The position numbers were made by a program, and so were the translations under genes. A stretch of DNA of 56,174 bases, filler included. It is 7 parts of 7 records of this genome, joined end to end, with 100 filler letters (N's around TTAATTAATTAA, not from the genome) between each part and the next. Parts side by side here need not be neighbours in the genome. Positions count along the whole stretch, not along the records: positions 30,572 to 43,943 come from SRR2962707_5598; positions 44,044 to 50,459 come from SRR2962707_5604; 5 more parts are not named here. The stretch is one strand, 5' to 3'. This document shows positions 33,325 to 47,600 of this stretch, in pieces. The notes beneath the pieces are model-generated. The model saw only the letters and a list, made by a program, of their open reading frames with translations. It was not told the DNA's origin and did not search any database. Positions within the stretch are counted from its first letter, which is position 1. Every line of letters starts with the position of its first letter.

Positions 33325-36300
33325 TCAACTTGCGTACATTCCCCGTGGTGCATCCGAATCTTTGACTTTCTCTTCGTCAAGATTAGTCACATTCCCTGGC
33401 CGCCACCCCGGCTGTTGCATCAATGCTTTCTGTTGAGCCAGAATGTAGTCGACATTGCGCGGGCACTTGACAACATCCGTTCGTTGACTGAGCTCAGACC
33501 TGCGCGGTTGCAAATTAGCAAGTCACTTTTCAGCTCACCGTGGCGATACCGGTAGCATGGAGCCGCAAAATGACCAAGCTCGTATACGCAAATGGTCTAC
33601 ACATGGTAACGCACATGCCGATCCCATTGAAGCATTCCACTGCAAACTGATAGCTGCTTTCAGGTTGCAGCTTCTCGATCTTAGCTCCAATTGAGTTGTG
33701 TGGCCCTTCAAACACAAGCTCAGCCTCTGTCGCATCGGCGTCAGTCACTGTTGTGGAGTCTGGGATGTCAAACTTGAAAACTCGGAAGCCAAGAATAGGC
33801 AAACCTTTTGAATTCCATACGCCACCAAACAGACCGAATTTACACTTGCTTTTAGACAAAGGAGAAAGCAATTGTCAATGGTAACAAAATCAACAGCAAT
33901 GGAATACTAACACACCTCCATCCCCAGGCTTTTCCCAGCGCAATACGCACGACCGTGGAGTCACCTCGCTCACGTCAATTTTACCCATTTGGTCAGGTGT
34001 GGTAGCCGTTGCCTTGTCATGCAAAAGCAAACATATTAGTTCATTTCGAAAAGGCACATCAACACACCGAAGTTCACAGAATGCCGCTCGACTTTGCGTA
34101 CAGTGAAGAAAGGAGGTGACACTGGAGACCAATCAGAAAAACCGACTGAATTCAGGGCTCTGACCCGGAAGTTGTACATATGTTCAGGCCTGCCAATGTC
34201 AAACGTCAGATCAACGTGAAACGTCAAAAGTTGATGGTCGGCGCACCCTGCGACAACCATGAAGGCTCAACGAACTCGCCAATCGCGCGAACTTTGTTCT
34301 CAAAATGGTGTATGTACCTCAAGTTTTCCACAGTTTTGAAGAAACGCTGGGCGCAGTGCTCAGCGACATTAGATTGCAATGATGACACTGAGCCGACCAC
34401 GTTACTGACTTCGTTTGGTTCATCCAACTGTTTTTTCAATGCTGTGTCCGACTGATTAATCCTTTGCTCCGAAGTAGAATCGCTGCTGTCAGTTTTGTCG
34501 TCGCCAATAGTTTTATTGTCAAAAGTTGGCTGGGAACGCGAGTCATTTAACGCACCTGCACTCGCACCAGAGACGGTTGCGTCATCCCCAAGCATAACAC
34601 CCGCACGATATTCTTTGAGATGTATTTCAAGAAGATGAGCCACAATTTCTGCTCGGAGCATTCGCTGCACTACGTCTAGCGTAAGCTTTTGCTCTTTTGC
34701 CTGAGTATTCCCTTCCGCAATATTTCTCTCAGTTGTGTTTGCTGCGTGTGCACTTTCCATACCTTTGCTAGGGTCAACTCCTTGCAAATCCACCATGCCG
34801 TGACCTTGTTCGTCGTCAGGAACCATGAGGCTAGCAGACAAGCGCTTGCGTAGCTGCTTTGTTGGGAGCTTTGCAACTGCGCGCATAAAAGCCTTTGCGA
34901 CAACTGCTTCCGCTTCTGACTTGCGGTTCGCTGACAAAGCACCTGATGTGTGCGGCGGTTCCTGCTTCGAATCATCGCCTTTGTCCACCTCGGCCTGACT
35001 GCTCGTGGTGCCGCAGTTTGAGGACTCCGTGCCACTGACGTTGCTTCTTTGATCTCTCGTTACCTCTTTGGGGTGTCTTGCAGTGATGCGGACGTTGACC
35101 TCAGGCTGACTATCAGCGGTACCTTTTTGTGCCAACTTAGCTGATGCAGGTTCATCGGTGCTTAACTCTCGTTGTACTTCTTTGGATTCTTCGGCGTTGT
35201 TGCTTGACTCGAATCGAATCGAAGAAGATGAAGCCACTCGCTTTGCTTGACCCAGTTCCTGACTCGAGACTGCCTTTGGGGTCAGTTCCTCAACCGAAAA
35301 CTGCCCAAGCACTTCCCATTCGGATACACGCGTGTCTTCCAAAATCGCCAGCTCAAACGCTGTAACCGGTTCCCCGTTGTCGTAAGAGGGTGGCGCCCAG
35401 CACAGAGATAATGCTGTACTGAGGGAAGGACCGCCCAGTTGAGGTGGCAAGCAAGGCTCCGGAGCTGTGGGAACTGTTCGAAACCCAGGTGCTGCATTTG
35501 CCAGCGAGTCTTCAGACCAACCGCAAGCATTTTTGCAACGTATGCGGAAGAAATGACGCGTTCCAGGACGGAAGCCTTTGAAAACTGTATGCGTCGTGTG
35601 TGATGGAATGAGCCGGCCACGCAGCGATGACAAAGAGCAAACTTCATCTGGTTCTATTGCTTCATACACAAACACTTCGTCGATGCGACTGCCTCTCTCG
35701 TCTGGTAGCTCCCACGATACATGGAGACTCTTCGTGGTTGTATCGTGCAACACAACAGGTTTCGGACGCTTTGGCACCGTTGCCTTGGTATGAGTAGCTG
35801 CTGACGCGATGCTCCATTTTGAGCGTCCGACATGGTTAAAGGCACGAACCTATCCACAAATAGGTGTCATGTGCTTGGATGTTGCCTGTCATTGCAAAGT
35901 AAAAGAAGCGCAGCATCGTCACACTGACCTGGAACTGGAATGTTTGCCCTGCCTTGAGCCCTTCTACGCGATGAACACACTCCTTGCCGGTGGCGTCCGG
36001 CGGCATTCCAAATTCTTCATCCAACATTAGCTGCCTAGCCAGTTCATCCTCCATGCGACGATGCATGAAGGTCATTGCAGTTCTGATTCGAGCTTTGACT
36101 CTAGCTTTTCGGGCTGCAGAGAAACGTTCAGCCTATGATTCCAACCAGCATGAGTGTAATCAAATCATCAATAATGCACCGCTCCATCGAAGCGTCACAC
36201 CTGACCATCAATCGGTGGACAAACACGAACAATACAGGTCACTGACGGAGAGGTCGACGACTACACATGCAGACAAACCTTGTCCATTTCGGCTTCGTGG

Positions 36301-39300
36301 CGTTTGCGCTCGTTTTCAAACATTCGCTCAACACGGGTTTCTTGCACTAAACGACGCTCGTCAGCTCGCTTTTGGCACTTTTTTTTGTCTAAGTATATTG
36401 GTGGACAGTCCTCAAACGTCCTGAACAGGCCGCCACGAATCCGCATTTCGTAGAATCGCACGTTGGCGCCGTAGCCATCAGGTTCAGTCCAAAAGATATC
36501 CATAAAAGTTGTGGATATCTCGAGAATCTATGTGTGGCAACATTCGGTGCAAGCCAGCAACAAACATCAGGTCTTGAAGCCAATATGCCAACTGTCGCGC
36601 AAATAGATGGAGGTATTGCAAGAAGAGAGCAGACTATGCACAGCAAATGACACAGACACCGCGCAATGGCAAACGAACTTTGGGCTGTTCAATTCTAGCC
36701 GGAACAGCGGGTGGCATGCGCTGCTGCACTGGCTCAGAGAACGTGCCTACTCCCATTGCCGATTCTGCAGCAACAACATACTGGTACACACTCCCTGGTT
36801 TCAAATCAGTTACAAGAAGGTGTCTACCGTCGCGCAAGTTTCCAGCAACGTCGACAACTCGAAGGTTCCCCCTGCACAAGTATCGTTTCAAGCACAGGAA
36901 TGAGTCCAATCAAACTTGAAATTTCAAGAACACTGCGCGCGCGTTGCTTGTTGCGGCAAGCACGTACCACGGAAACTCAAGCAGTGCATTCCCATCCCCA
37001 ACTGCTTGTTTACGAATCTTGCGACGCAGGACAAAATATTGCATCACTGGCGCACCGAATGAAATGGGCAAGTTCCATGCCAGTTCCATCCGCACTGTAT
37101 GTTCAAATATATCAGTGCGAACTTTTCGAAAAACAACCTCTTGTGGTGGATCGGGCGGGCGCGGTACTAAGCGCCAAGTGCGAGCGGTACCATCACCTGA
37201 GGCTGAGAGAAGGTCGATTTGTTGCTGATTCAAGGTGATATGCGTGACCACGTCTGTGTGCCCGCGAATAACTTGGATTAGGGCGCCAACAAAACTGTCC
37301 CAGATGCGAATTGTCTGATCGTCGCTGGCAGTCGCAAGTGTGCGCGAGTCAGCGAAAAAAGATACACATCGAACAACGCCTGAATGCGCATCGTCAATAC
37401 TTCGCAACAGAAGCCCTGATGATGTTTCCCACAACTTTACTGCGCAGTCATCTCCTCCCGTGGCAAGAGTTCGGCCGTTGGGCGAGATGCTGCAACAATT
37501 AATGCCGTCGGTGTGACCAAAAAAGCCGTGTGTTGGAATGCGGACTTCAAACGTGCGGGCTGCACCCCCGTGCTCGGCAGGATCAAGTGCAGCCACGCAA
37601 GCTGGTCGCTGAGCCATACACTCCTCACGAGCTTTTTTTCGTGCAGCACGCAACTCTTCAACAACGAAACTGTTCCGTTCATGCGCAAGGACTGGTTCAG
37701 GGTCGAACTCAAGCATCTCTCCGCGTTGCTTTGCAGCGACGATTTCCTCCGCGTACCTTGACGGATGCGCGATGCATCAGGGTTGAGCAGAGTGGTTCAA
37801 TAGTGTGCTGCTTACATCTGTCAGTGCAATACCGCACACTCAGTTGTGACAGGCAACGTACTCCACTAGCCAGGCACCGCGTGCAATAGCCACGCGAGCT
37901 TCAAACTCCGCTTTGACAACAGGATCATTGTCAATCCGTTGAACTGCCGTCTCGAGCGCCTTCCTTGCAGCAATCTCGGCACGTCGCTCGGCCTCAGCTT
38001 GCAATTGACATACAACCAGCCCACACCAGCCGTTCTCGCGTGCTTTATTACCGCACCAAAGCGTTTTGGAGTCAAGAAATTTATCATCTTCCTTCAGAGC
38101 CTGAATAGCGCGCTGGAACTCCATCAATGTTGCTGGATGCCGACCAGTCACCCCATCTCCGCCAGACTGCAGGTACCTGACACAAGAAAAGGCAAGGCAA
38201 TTAGTACGCAAAGCAAAGATACAACAACGATTGCACCGCCACTTGGCAAAACATACTCGTCGAGAGCTGCAGCAAGTTCTGCATCCAATTTGAGCTTCTT
38301 TACATCCTTTCGACGCTGTCGCTCTAACCGCGCTAATCGTTCCTCCTCTTTTTTCTTTCGCTTGGCTTCTTTTTCTGCCTCCCGCTCTCGGCGCATAAGC
38401 TCCAACTCTTGCTCCAAGCGAGTCAATTTGGAAAATTTCTCTTCCTCCTTTGCAGTTTTCTCGGCAGCATGATCAACCCGTGTTACTTCTTGCTGTTTTA
38501 CTTTGATAATCTGGAGCCATTCGCACAGACAGGGGCGACGTGGTCTGAGTCAACCGCTCTCAGCTCCCATCGAAAAGCATATTCGAATCAAACGCATTGC
38601 GCATACCTGCTCATCAATATGTGCACGCCAATCTGTGATAGGCGGCCTAATGATGGAAAACCGGCTGCAGGTTGGTTTTAGGTACGCAACTGCGTACGAA
38701 GTTTGATCTCCAACGTTGTGTCCTTCACTTTTATCCACAAGGAACCTTGATTCAGGTTTGGGCTTGCCATGATGCCACCATGGAGGCTCTGGGAAACACC
38801 CTTGGCATTGCGTGCACTCATTTTCAAGAGTGACAAGCTGTTCATATCTTGCGCGGAATCGTGAAGATGACAGATAAATCAGCGTCACAAGTCAAGGATA
38901 AAAAAGTTGGATTTCAAGTCAAATATCAGCCACAGACTCGTAAAATACACAACATGCATCGTTATTTTGAACTCACTGCCAATAGTGGTTGTTGGCGACG
39001 CCTGCGCGAACGTTGGGAACATGCAAATAGGGCACTTGTTCTGCCTCATCCAATGCAAGCTCGCGGGCTTGAATTTGCTCCGCCAGTTGCCGCTGACCCA
39101 CCAAATCCAACGCATTACTGTGGTCTTGACGCTTCGTATGGCCACGAGTTTTTGAATCTTCCATCGCTCCATCTTCCGGACGTTCTCCCAGCGCCCCGTT
39201 GGAGTTAGAGTCGGCATTTCGAGGCAGCTCAACTTCCCTTGCTATTCGTTCCATTTGGGCTTTCAGCTCTTGTTGCAACACTAGGTCTTTTGCAATTGCC

Positions 39301-42300
39301 TCACGGTCCTTTTCTTTTTGTTCCAGCAACAATTGCTCTGCTTTTGCAGCACGATCTCGCTTCACCTGGTCAACAGAACAACCCTGGGTCAGCAGAGTGT
39401 TCACACAACAGTAGCGTCCCTCGACACACCACCAAAACAATCGAACCTTTGCAGACACCAGCTCAGCATACTTTTTTTGAAGACTTTTCAGTATTTGCTT
39501 GGTGCGACGTTTTTGCATTTGATCGCGTTGCGCAGCGCCGGCACGTTTCATCATGGCAACGAGTTCGACCGCAACGTCACCAACGGCACTCGCAGCGTCG
39601 GACACCGCATCGGTGACAGCGTCGGCCCTGTCGGCCGCGATGGAAAGCAATTCTTCACGTTGGTGCTTTAGTCTATTTCGGGAGACCGAAAAAAAAAAAA
39701 AAAAACATCATGGCGGTACGATTGGGGCTCAATTTTCCAAGCATAGAAGGCACGGAAGTACACGTACAAAGATGACAATTTTGGCTGAGGCTTGGTACCG
39801 CTCCCAACATATTGATCATCCGGTAAAAGCCCGTCCTTTACAAACTCGCGGGCAAAACAACGTTCGTAAAAAGACTGTGGAAGCCCGTAGTGTGCGTAAA
39901 ACTCGTTCATAGGCTTCTCTTGCTTCGTCCCTGCGTCCAGAGTCGACGAAGCCATTTCGAGAATCGCCTCTAAGTTGGGAAACACTTGCTGTTCTGCTTC
40001 TGGCGAGTGTGTAGATGAGAGGCTAAGTCCAAGCTCCTTTTCCTGCCCACGCCACCGGCGATTGGCCTGTAGTGTATGAGAAAACATTCAAAACCATTGG
40101 TGCTGTTTGTACAAATTGCGTCACGAGCAAATGCCCAACACCATCGAGTCTTTGTTAAAGATGAATCAAAACAAACCTTCAGCTGCAAAAATTCACGTGC
40201 GGCCATCCGAAGGCCAAACGCGACATCCCATTGAAAAATTTGTCGATCCGAGTAGCCTCCAACCGAGAATATTTGTGTTCCGTCTAACGACCAGCAACAG
40301 CTATTCACAGTGTCCAAATGCCCCCGAAAAACAAACAGGGTTCGGTATGGCGGGCGAGCTGCCCACAATCGAACTGTGCGATCAGCTGAAGAAGACGCCA
40401 ACAACATCGCATTTGGTGAGAGCGCCACCTGTCGTTTCAAAAATCAATAAATCAATCAATCACGATTTTGAGCAATGGGATACAATTATGTGTCAACTAA
40501 GCAAGTTTACTTCAGTGAAAGATTTTGAGGAGTGTTACCTGAGTAACAGCTCCACCGTGCCCAGTAAGCGTGTCTAATACTTTTCCAGAAGTAAGGCCCC
40601 AGACTTTGATTGTACCATCCGCAGACCAGGAAAGCACCCGAAATTCGTCGTGCTCATCAAGGTCAGTCTCCGGACTGTCATTTTCATTCGGTCGCAATTT
40701 CTTAGCCGATGCGTTGGCCTGTTGGGTTTCAGCACGGCCAGTCCGACGATCTTGCTCTGTCGATGTCACGACCTCCTCCAACTCTTCATCTGAAGAAGAC
40801 AGGGATGACTCCTCCGACGAGGAAGACGACAACGTCTCGTCACTATTAAAGTCCTCATCGCTGTCAATATCGCCATCGCCATCCGCTTCGTTGGTCGTTG
40901 ACACTGTTGGTTTCTTCAAAAATTGACGGCTCGACCTCACTCCGGTTGGCTCGTCATCGACAACGTCTGGAGGCATGCTGACTGCGATTGACGGGACCGG
41001 CAAAAATAAACAGCCGTTCACAGGACCAATGTGACCGTTCACTTGGTCCATTTGCTGCTGTGAAGCGCGAGCAGCATTGGTTTGACCGGCTTCAAAACCT
41101 TTGCGCGCAAACACTTGAATTTGAGCTCCCGACTTTAAATTCCAAAGAACAATGCGATTCTCAGCATCGCACGTCGCAAAGCAACGCTCGTGCTTTGTCC
41201 CATTTGCATCCTTGAGCCTACAGAGTAAATTAAGAGGTTGGCTTGAGGAAACGCGATTCATGCCGGTCACGGCAATCAAGAGAAAAGTTTACCAGCAATT
41301 TCGCCGAAATTGAACGTACGGATGTTCAAAATACTGAACCCAGTTAACAGATCGTTGACTGCAAGTATAGTTGCGTAGTGTGTTTGCCGTTTGGTCGTAA
41401 ATAGTGAGGCTGTGAATGCGATTGTAGTGGTAGTTGAAGCCATCGCCCTGCTGCCACTCTCGTAAGCGCAATTCGCGATTCAAAACGTGACGCATTGCAA
41501 TTGCACTTGGAAAGTATGTCGAGGGCCCTCGCACAAACAAAAAGCAATCACCAACCACTTCCAACTAGGCACGGAAGTCATCACAAATAATAGCACATGC
41601 ATGATCACAAGTGGTTACTCTACATTGCAAACGACCTCATCGAACATTGCTTGGTTTGCAGCAGTGAGCAAGGTCGCACCGGAAGCTCTAAAACGCCCTT
41701 TGAATTTCGGGCGGCGTGAAACTTTAGCCATAAAAACCCTGGCGAGCTTCCCCCTTTCACAACTTTGCCCATGTAGCGCACGTTCGCAACAGCCTTGGCG
41801 ACCGGGCGGAATTGAATCCGACGGTCTGAATCAAGTACCACTTCATCGAGGAATACGTTAAAGCGTAGTCCAAGCAACTGTGGAAGGCAGAGGTAAGACG
41901 GACGGAGATATGACGCATATCAAAGATGAAGTTGTCTGAAAAAAAACCCTGACGTTTAATCCCCCTCTTACCTGATCCCTCATCTCCTTTTCCAGCCGAA
42001 ACTCACTTTGGGCGTCCAGGAATCGGGGCCAGCATGTGTCGGCACAAGTATCCGTGCGATGGCTGCGCTTGCCCACCACCTACGCGCACAAAGAGAGTTC
42101 AAGGCACAGACTTGAATTGCAGTTGACGTCAATTGTCCAATCATTGTTGGCACTGGTGCAAAAGCCCCAACAACATCTCGCAGAGGCCCCCGTCTAGCAA
42201 CCTTGTTTGTGCAGGTGGCGCTCTTATCATCAACTTCGATCCGAATGCAACAAGTCATTCTCCGGGCAAGACGAACTCGCCCAACTGTCAAAGTGAGTCG

Positions 42301-43305
42301 GTCCCAAACTATGGGTGGGAGCTCTTTGATTTCCCGTGCTTTTTTTTCAGCAGCACGCTTCTCTTCAAGCAAAGCCACCGCCTCCTTGGCACGCTTGAAA
42401 CATCCTTTCGCGTACTTAACAGCTTCCAGGGCGGTTATGGCCGCTCGAGCGGTCGCCACAAGTGTCATCTTTTCCCTTTTTTGTTCTGCCTCGCTTGTGT
42501 CTTCTGGCACAAAAATTTCACCTGCCTCTTCCATCTCACGCTTGCGCCAATATTCATCATATCTAGCCGCCAAGTCGCACACGCAAACCAAAGAAGCAAT
42601 TCAAAAGACCAGGCGCGGAGACAACTGGAAAGTGCAACTGATGGAGACATGCAAACTGTCAAACATTAACCGCGCTCACCTTTGAAGCTCCTCCTTGTGT
42701 TTATTGTCCTCGGCTTTGATTTCGCGAAGTTGCTTGTCGATTACCTTGAATATCTTGTCTTTCAGTTCTGGCAAGGAGAGCTTTACTTCTGAGTAGTCAG
42801 TCTCGGGATCAACCACCGGTGCTATTTTGATCGCCTGTGCGTATTTTGCCGTCTCAGTTTTCTTTTTTAGGTCTGTCCACTTTTTCGTTCGAGCTTCTCG
42901 GTCTTTGATGGCCTGTTCGTCGCGCCACTTGTCGAGCAGCGTTTTCTTCACAGCCCACTCCATGCCCTCTTCTGGCAAGCCGCGCTCCGCAATTTCAGTC
43001 GCCTTTTCGATGTTGTCGAGCTGCAGTCGTCCAACCAGCTGATAGCGGTTTCCGAGAGTGCCGGCGTTCATACGCAGTCCTCGCCTCACCAACTCTTCTT
43101 GAAGCTGGACCAGAGACAGCTTAGTGGGGTCAACCATCGTTTTCAGCACACGCTGCACGTCAACATTGGCGGCTTTCATGTCCTTCACCCGCTTTGGAGC
43201 GTACCCTAAGCCTTTCACAGGCGCTCCTTTTTGGGCTTTCTTCAGTATTTGCGCCACCTCTGACAAGCCCTCCAGGCCGAAATCATCGCCTTCGTCGTCC
43301 GACAT
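33325..43305 (-). CDS. Very large multi-exon protein: SAP-like motif, WD40 repeats, coiled coils and several fibronectin type III domains
   Basis: SAP-like LSLVQLQEELVRRGL...GNRYQLVGRL. WD40 GHIGPVN, SWSADGTIKVW, GHLDTVNSCCWS, GHTDGINCCSIS...GGDDCAVKLW. FN3 LAWNLP, LKPGSVYQYVVAAES, WTEPDGYG, VSWELPDERGS, LCWAPPSYDNGEP, LQPESSYQFAVECFNGIG. The junctions I traced (e.g. near 39668-39766) are consistent with one gene; not all were traced. Confidence 0.7.
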
Positions 43306-43859
43306 GGTGGGCTCCAGGGGATCGACTCACCGGGAATTTCTCTTTTATCGCCTTGTCTTGCGGTTTCCTTCTTCCGCTGTTTTTGTGTTTTATATAATTT
43401 TCTCTTTGTGTTGTTCCCAGACCTACGTGCGCCGAATTGCTTCCTTCGCTGAATCGGATCCCAAAACGCTGAATTGGGTCCAACACGCGAGACAAGGAGA
43501 AAAAAAGAAACGACAACTTTCAAAAGAGTCCCCCGCTCTGCCACCGGGTCCTCCACGCTCTGCTGCTGCCATCGGCGAACAACCAAACCCCTCTGGGCCC
43601 TAGGCTCATTATTTCATTTTTTTCCAGTATGCAGAGAAAGAAAAGATCAACCGGGTCGAATGAATAGAAGAATAGAAAAACGCCCCCTCACCACTTCTTC
43701 CATTGCGTTTGATCTTTTCCAACACCGCTTTTGAACAAAGGAATAGACACGCCACCTTGTTCATTCTCGACACTTCCACCGTCAGCACCCACACCGACCA
43801 GACAGACGGCACTGTCTGTGGAGAGCGCCTTCCGGGTCTGGTCTTCCCCGTGTCTCGTA

Positions 43860-43943
43860 CTGACTCGCTCTCACACTCTCACTCACACTCACCCACCTGC
43901 TCACTCACTCACTCGCACTCACTCACACTCACACTCACACTCA
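43860..43943. repeat. (ACTC)n/(CACACT)n microsatellite at contig end
   Basis: Same satellite as the GTGA tracts, opposite orientation. Confidence 0.9.
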
Positions 43944-44043
43944 NNNNNNNNNNNNNNNNNNNNNNNNNNNNNNNNNNNNNNNNNNNNTTAATTAATTAAN
44001 NNNNNNNNNNNNNNNNNNNNNNNNNNNNNNNNNNNNNNNNNNN
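43944..44043. other. Artificial contig-joining spacer
   Basis: 44 N + TTAATTAATTAA + 44 N. Confidence 0.99.
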
Positions 44044-44093
44044 CACAAAAAAAAAAAACAAGAAAAAAAAAAACGGATTGCAGTCTCACGCAC

Positions 44094-44640
44094 GTAGCAT
44101 TGAAGTAGTCGAGCTTGCGGTCAACAAAATTGCACACGTCAATGGCAGAAGCCACAGACAATTCAAACAAATCCGGGAACAAACTGGTTGCGACAAGTCC
44201 ACATGGGTAGAACTGTGTGTAGTTTTGAGTAAGCAACTCATCCGCGTCTGTGTTGCCGCTAGACTCGGGTGGTGATTCCAGTGTTGCATTGATGGTGCAC
44301 AAGATGAGCTCTTTGCCCTGGTCGATCGCCCCTTGGGTGCCTTGGTACTGTTGCTGCACAAAGCTGTTTTTGTACCGGGCACGGTTCTGTTCATAACCTT
44401 CGATCTTGTAAAATATTTGCACTGGGGTGAAGCAGGTTTCCTCCACAAAGAAATTAAGCTCGCAAAACCCGCTGGAATCTGGAACACAAGGTTGCTCATC
44501 TGCAGCAAGTTCGCCATTGAAGTACAGTGCTTCAGCATACAGCGCAGCTGGACCAGCCCAATAAAGAGTCTTGGCAAGAAGCAGGCAGACTGCCGCCACA
44601 AGAACAAATAGCAGCAGCCATACAGGCACTGTCCACGTTT
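44094..44640 (-). CDS. CDC50/LEM3 domain (TM1 plus first half of exoplasmic domain), truncated at an intron by the contig end
   Basis: TM VWLLLFVLVAAVCLLLA, then CELNFFV...PVQIFYKIEGYEQNRARYKNSFVQQQYQG...YPCGLVATSLFPDLF. Compare the CDC50 consensus PVYxYYxLxNFYQNHRRYVxS..xQLxG and PCGLIAxSxFNDTF. Donor GTGCGT at 44093. Confidence 0.85.
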
Positions 44641-47600
44641 TGTTGCACTGGGATGCACAGTGCGTTACTTCCATAAGATCTGCCCCAACATCACGACACT
44701 TGCCAGATTGGGCCTTTCGCTCCGTCTCAGCTGCGAGAGAAAAATGCAAAGGATGTGCGACTGGGCTGGGATCCTCCTCGGCGTCGGGGGATTGCTCGTA
44801 AGAAGCAACAGTCAACAACCGGCGGTGCTCATGAACAGTTTCTACTGGCTTCCTGGGCGCCCCTGGCTGGTTGGGCGTCATGGGCACAGCACCGGTTGGC
44901 ACATCATGAGAAGTCAGCGGTGTCACTTTGTGGCGACGATGGTGCCCAGACAAGTGTTTCACCATAGAGGCAAGCAGGGTATCGAGAACGCTGAAACTGA
45001 CGCCTGACGATGACCGCACTTCACCTCCACGCACGCGCAAACTTTTGAGCAAGACGGGTTCGACCCGCCCACCAACACCTGCGATTGCAGCAGCGGCTTC
45101 GGCGGTGGCCTGCTTCTCGACAGCACTGCGGGCAACGTCAGCTTCGGCACCTTCGCCAGCTGCTCCCTGCTTGGCAGCAAGCAAACGTGCCTCGTCAATG
45201 AGCGCGACTCGAGCAAGCTCACCTTCAAGAACCTGTAGTCACAAAACAACAGTGCGGATGCCGACACAGTTGAGCAAGATATCGCGTGCACACCACGCGC
45301 TTGCTGGACCAATGTCGCTCGCTGAAAGCAATGTCAATTTTTACCAGTTGCTCGCGTGTTGGAATAAAGGCAAGAATAGTTCGAATCAGGGTGTCCCACA
45401 CCAGACAGCCAATCAGCACCATGAACTGGCACATCCAGAAAAAACTGTTTCCGAGCAGGGTTAATGTGACGGTGTACGACTGGTACCTTGCAAGAAAGCA
45501 GCAATCACAAGTTGATGTATTACTAGGCCAAAAAACTCCCACAATTGTTAAAAAGGAAAGCATTGACACGCGCGCTGATAGAGAACTCACGAAACAGAAA
45601 GACTGGATCCAGCCAAGACATATATCAGTAAAAAGAACCCAAACACTGTTGCATAGACGATGGCGTGCACAAAAGTCCATGTGTGCTGGCGCATCATCAC
45701 GGCCACATTGAGTGTCAAGATGAGCGAGAAGTAGAGCATTGAACCAAGGCTGTATCTGCAATTGTGTGCGCAATAAACCGAAAAGTTAGCCACTGAACCT
45801 GCGTGGGTCTGCGGCTAGCACTGCAAGCCGATAACGAACAAGCACAAACAGGCGCTCACGCGGACGCACAGATCACCAAGTCCAAAGCGCTCCAAAATAC
45901 CGACAAATGCCCAACACACGTAGAATATGGTAATTCCATACCTGCGAATGAGTACATGGCACATTGAGCGTGAGTTGAATGTCGGGTATGTTGCAAATCA
46001 AACTGAAAGGGACGATATACACACCACAACATCCCTATCACCATCACAACGAAAGATGCAACAGTGAGGTCGGAATTGGTGCGGCTGACGTGGTATAGCT
46101 GCGGAAAGCGCAGGATTGCATCTGCCTCGATGTCACGATCAAGCCAGCCGACCACTGCAATCGGCAGCACCAGAATAACATCGAAGAGCGCCCCGAGAAT
46201 CGCGGGGATGGGCTGCGTGCCCGTAAACCCGTTGTACCAGGAGAAGATAAACTGCACAGCAGTGATAACCATTGGCTTGAAAAAGCAATACCTAACAAAC
46301 CGAAATAGATATCGTGAGCATACAAAACTTGAATGTAGCGCAAGCACACCCAACCACATGCTAGTACAGCAAGGAAATACACGTGGGGACCAAATGATAC
46401 GTACTTGATTACAATCGCGAGACGTCGATAGTTGCCACGGCCGTGGTATTGCAAAATACGGTACAAGTGCTGGAACTCGTTTATGGCGATGTCACTAATG
46501 TTGGCTGCCTGAAGCCCCTCCCGACCAAAAATACCAATGCCAACGTCGGCGCGCTGAATCATACCGACATCGTTGGCACCATCACCAATGGCCAAAGTAG
46601 TAGGTTTGGGAACCATGCCATCTTTAACAAGTCCAACAAGCTCCGCTTTTTGAAGCGGTGATACGCGGCAAGCTAGCACAGTACTACAGCTCAACAGAAT
46701 GTCACGAAGAATGTCTTGGAGGGGCCCATCGTCCATTGCAATTGAGAGGAATTTTCCTGTTATCACTACCGCCACAGATGCCCCACCTACGACTTGCTTT
46801 TGACCAGCCTTGTGCTGTTGCTCGAATCGCTGGATGCGAAGCTCGCGAATTCGGGCCTGTGCCTGAGGATCCGACACCACAGCAGGAGTGTTGTGGACTC
46901 GTAGACAGGGAAACTTTGCGCTTAATTCTTGGCATGTCAACGTCAACTGGTGAGCGGCCGCTTCGCGATCGCTTTCCAAGGTGCTAGCTTGATTATCGTC
47001 GGAGTTCTGGTGGCGCGGTCGCCGCGATGCAGGGCCACCCACGTGCTCTGGCTTTGGTTGGCCCTTGGGTACACTTGAATTTGCGGGTGTCTCGTTCATC
47101 GCCGAGTCAACACGAGCGGCCGTGTCTGCCTTGGATGAGCGCGGACTTGCGGCGTCGATGTCGTCATCGTCAGACCCATCACCGTCTCCGTCGGATTCTT
47201 CGTCTTCCTCCCTCTCATGCAGGGCATCACGCAACTCCTTCAACACTTGCCTCACAGAAGCCGCGGAGACACTTTCGTCTTCGGTGCCTTGGTCCGACAA
47301 GGTACTTCCGTCGAGCGCGAGCACGAGGTCGGAATTGACAAGTGTCCGACTGCTGAACCCGATGCTGATTGCAGTTTCGAGCTTGTCCCCGGTCAATACC
47401 CACAGACGAATTCCCATAGCTCGAAGTGACCGGAGTGTGTCAGGGACATTATCCTGCAACTTGTCCTCAATAGCAGTGACTGCCACGACTTGTAGCTCCT
47501 ACAGCAAACCAGCAGTCGATTATCATGCCAACGTCCTCAGTGGCAGCATTGAAAGTGGCATTTAAAGTCGCCTGGAAACGTACAGATTCAACCAGTGCAG

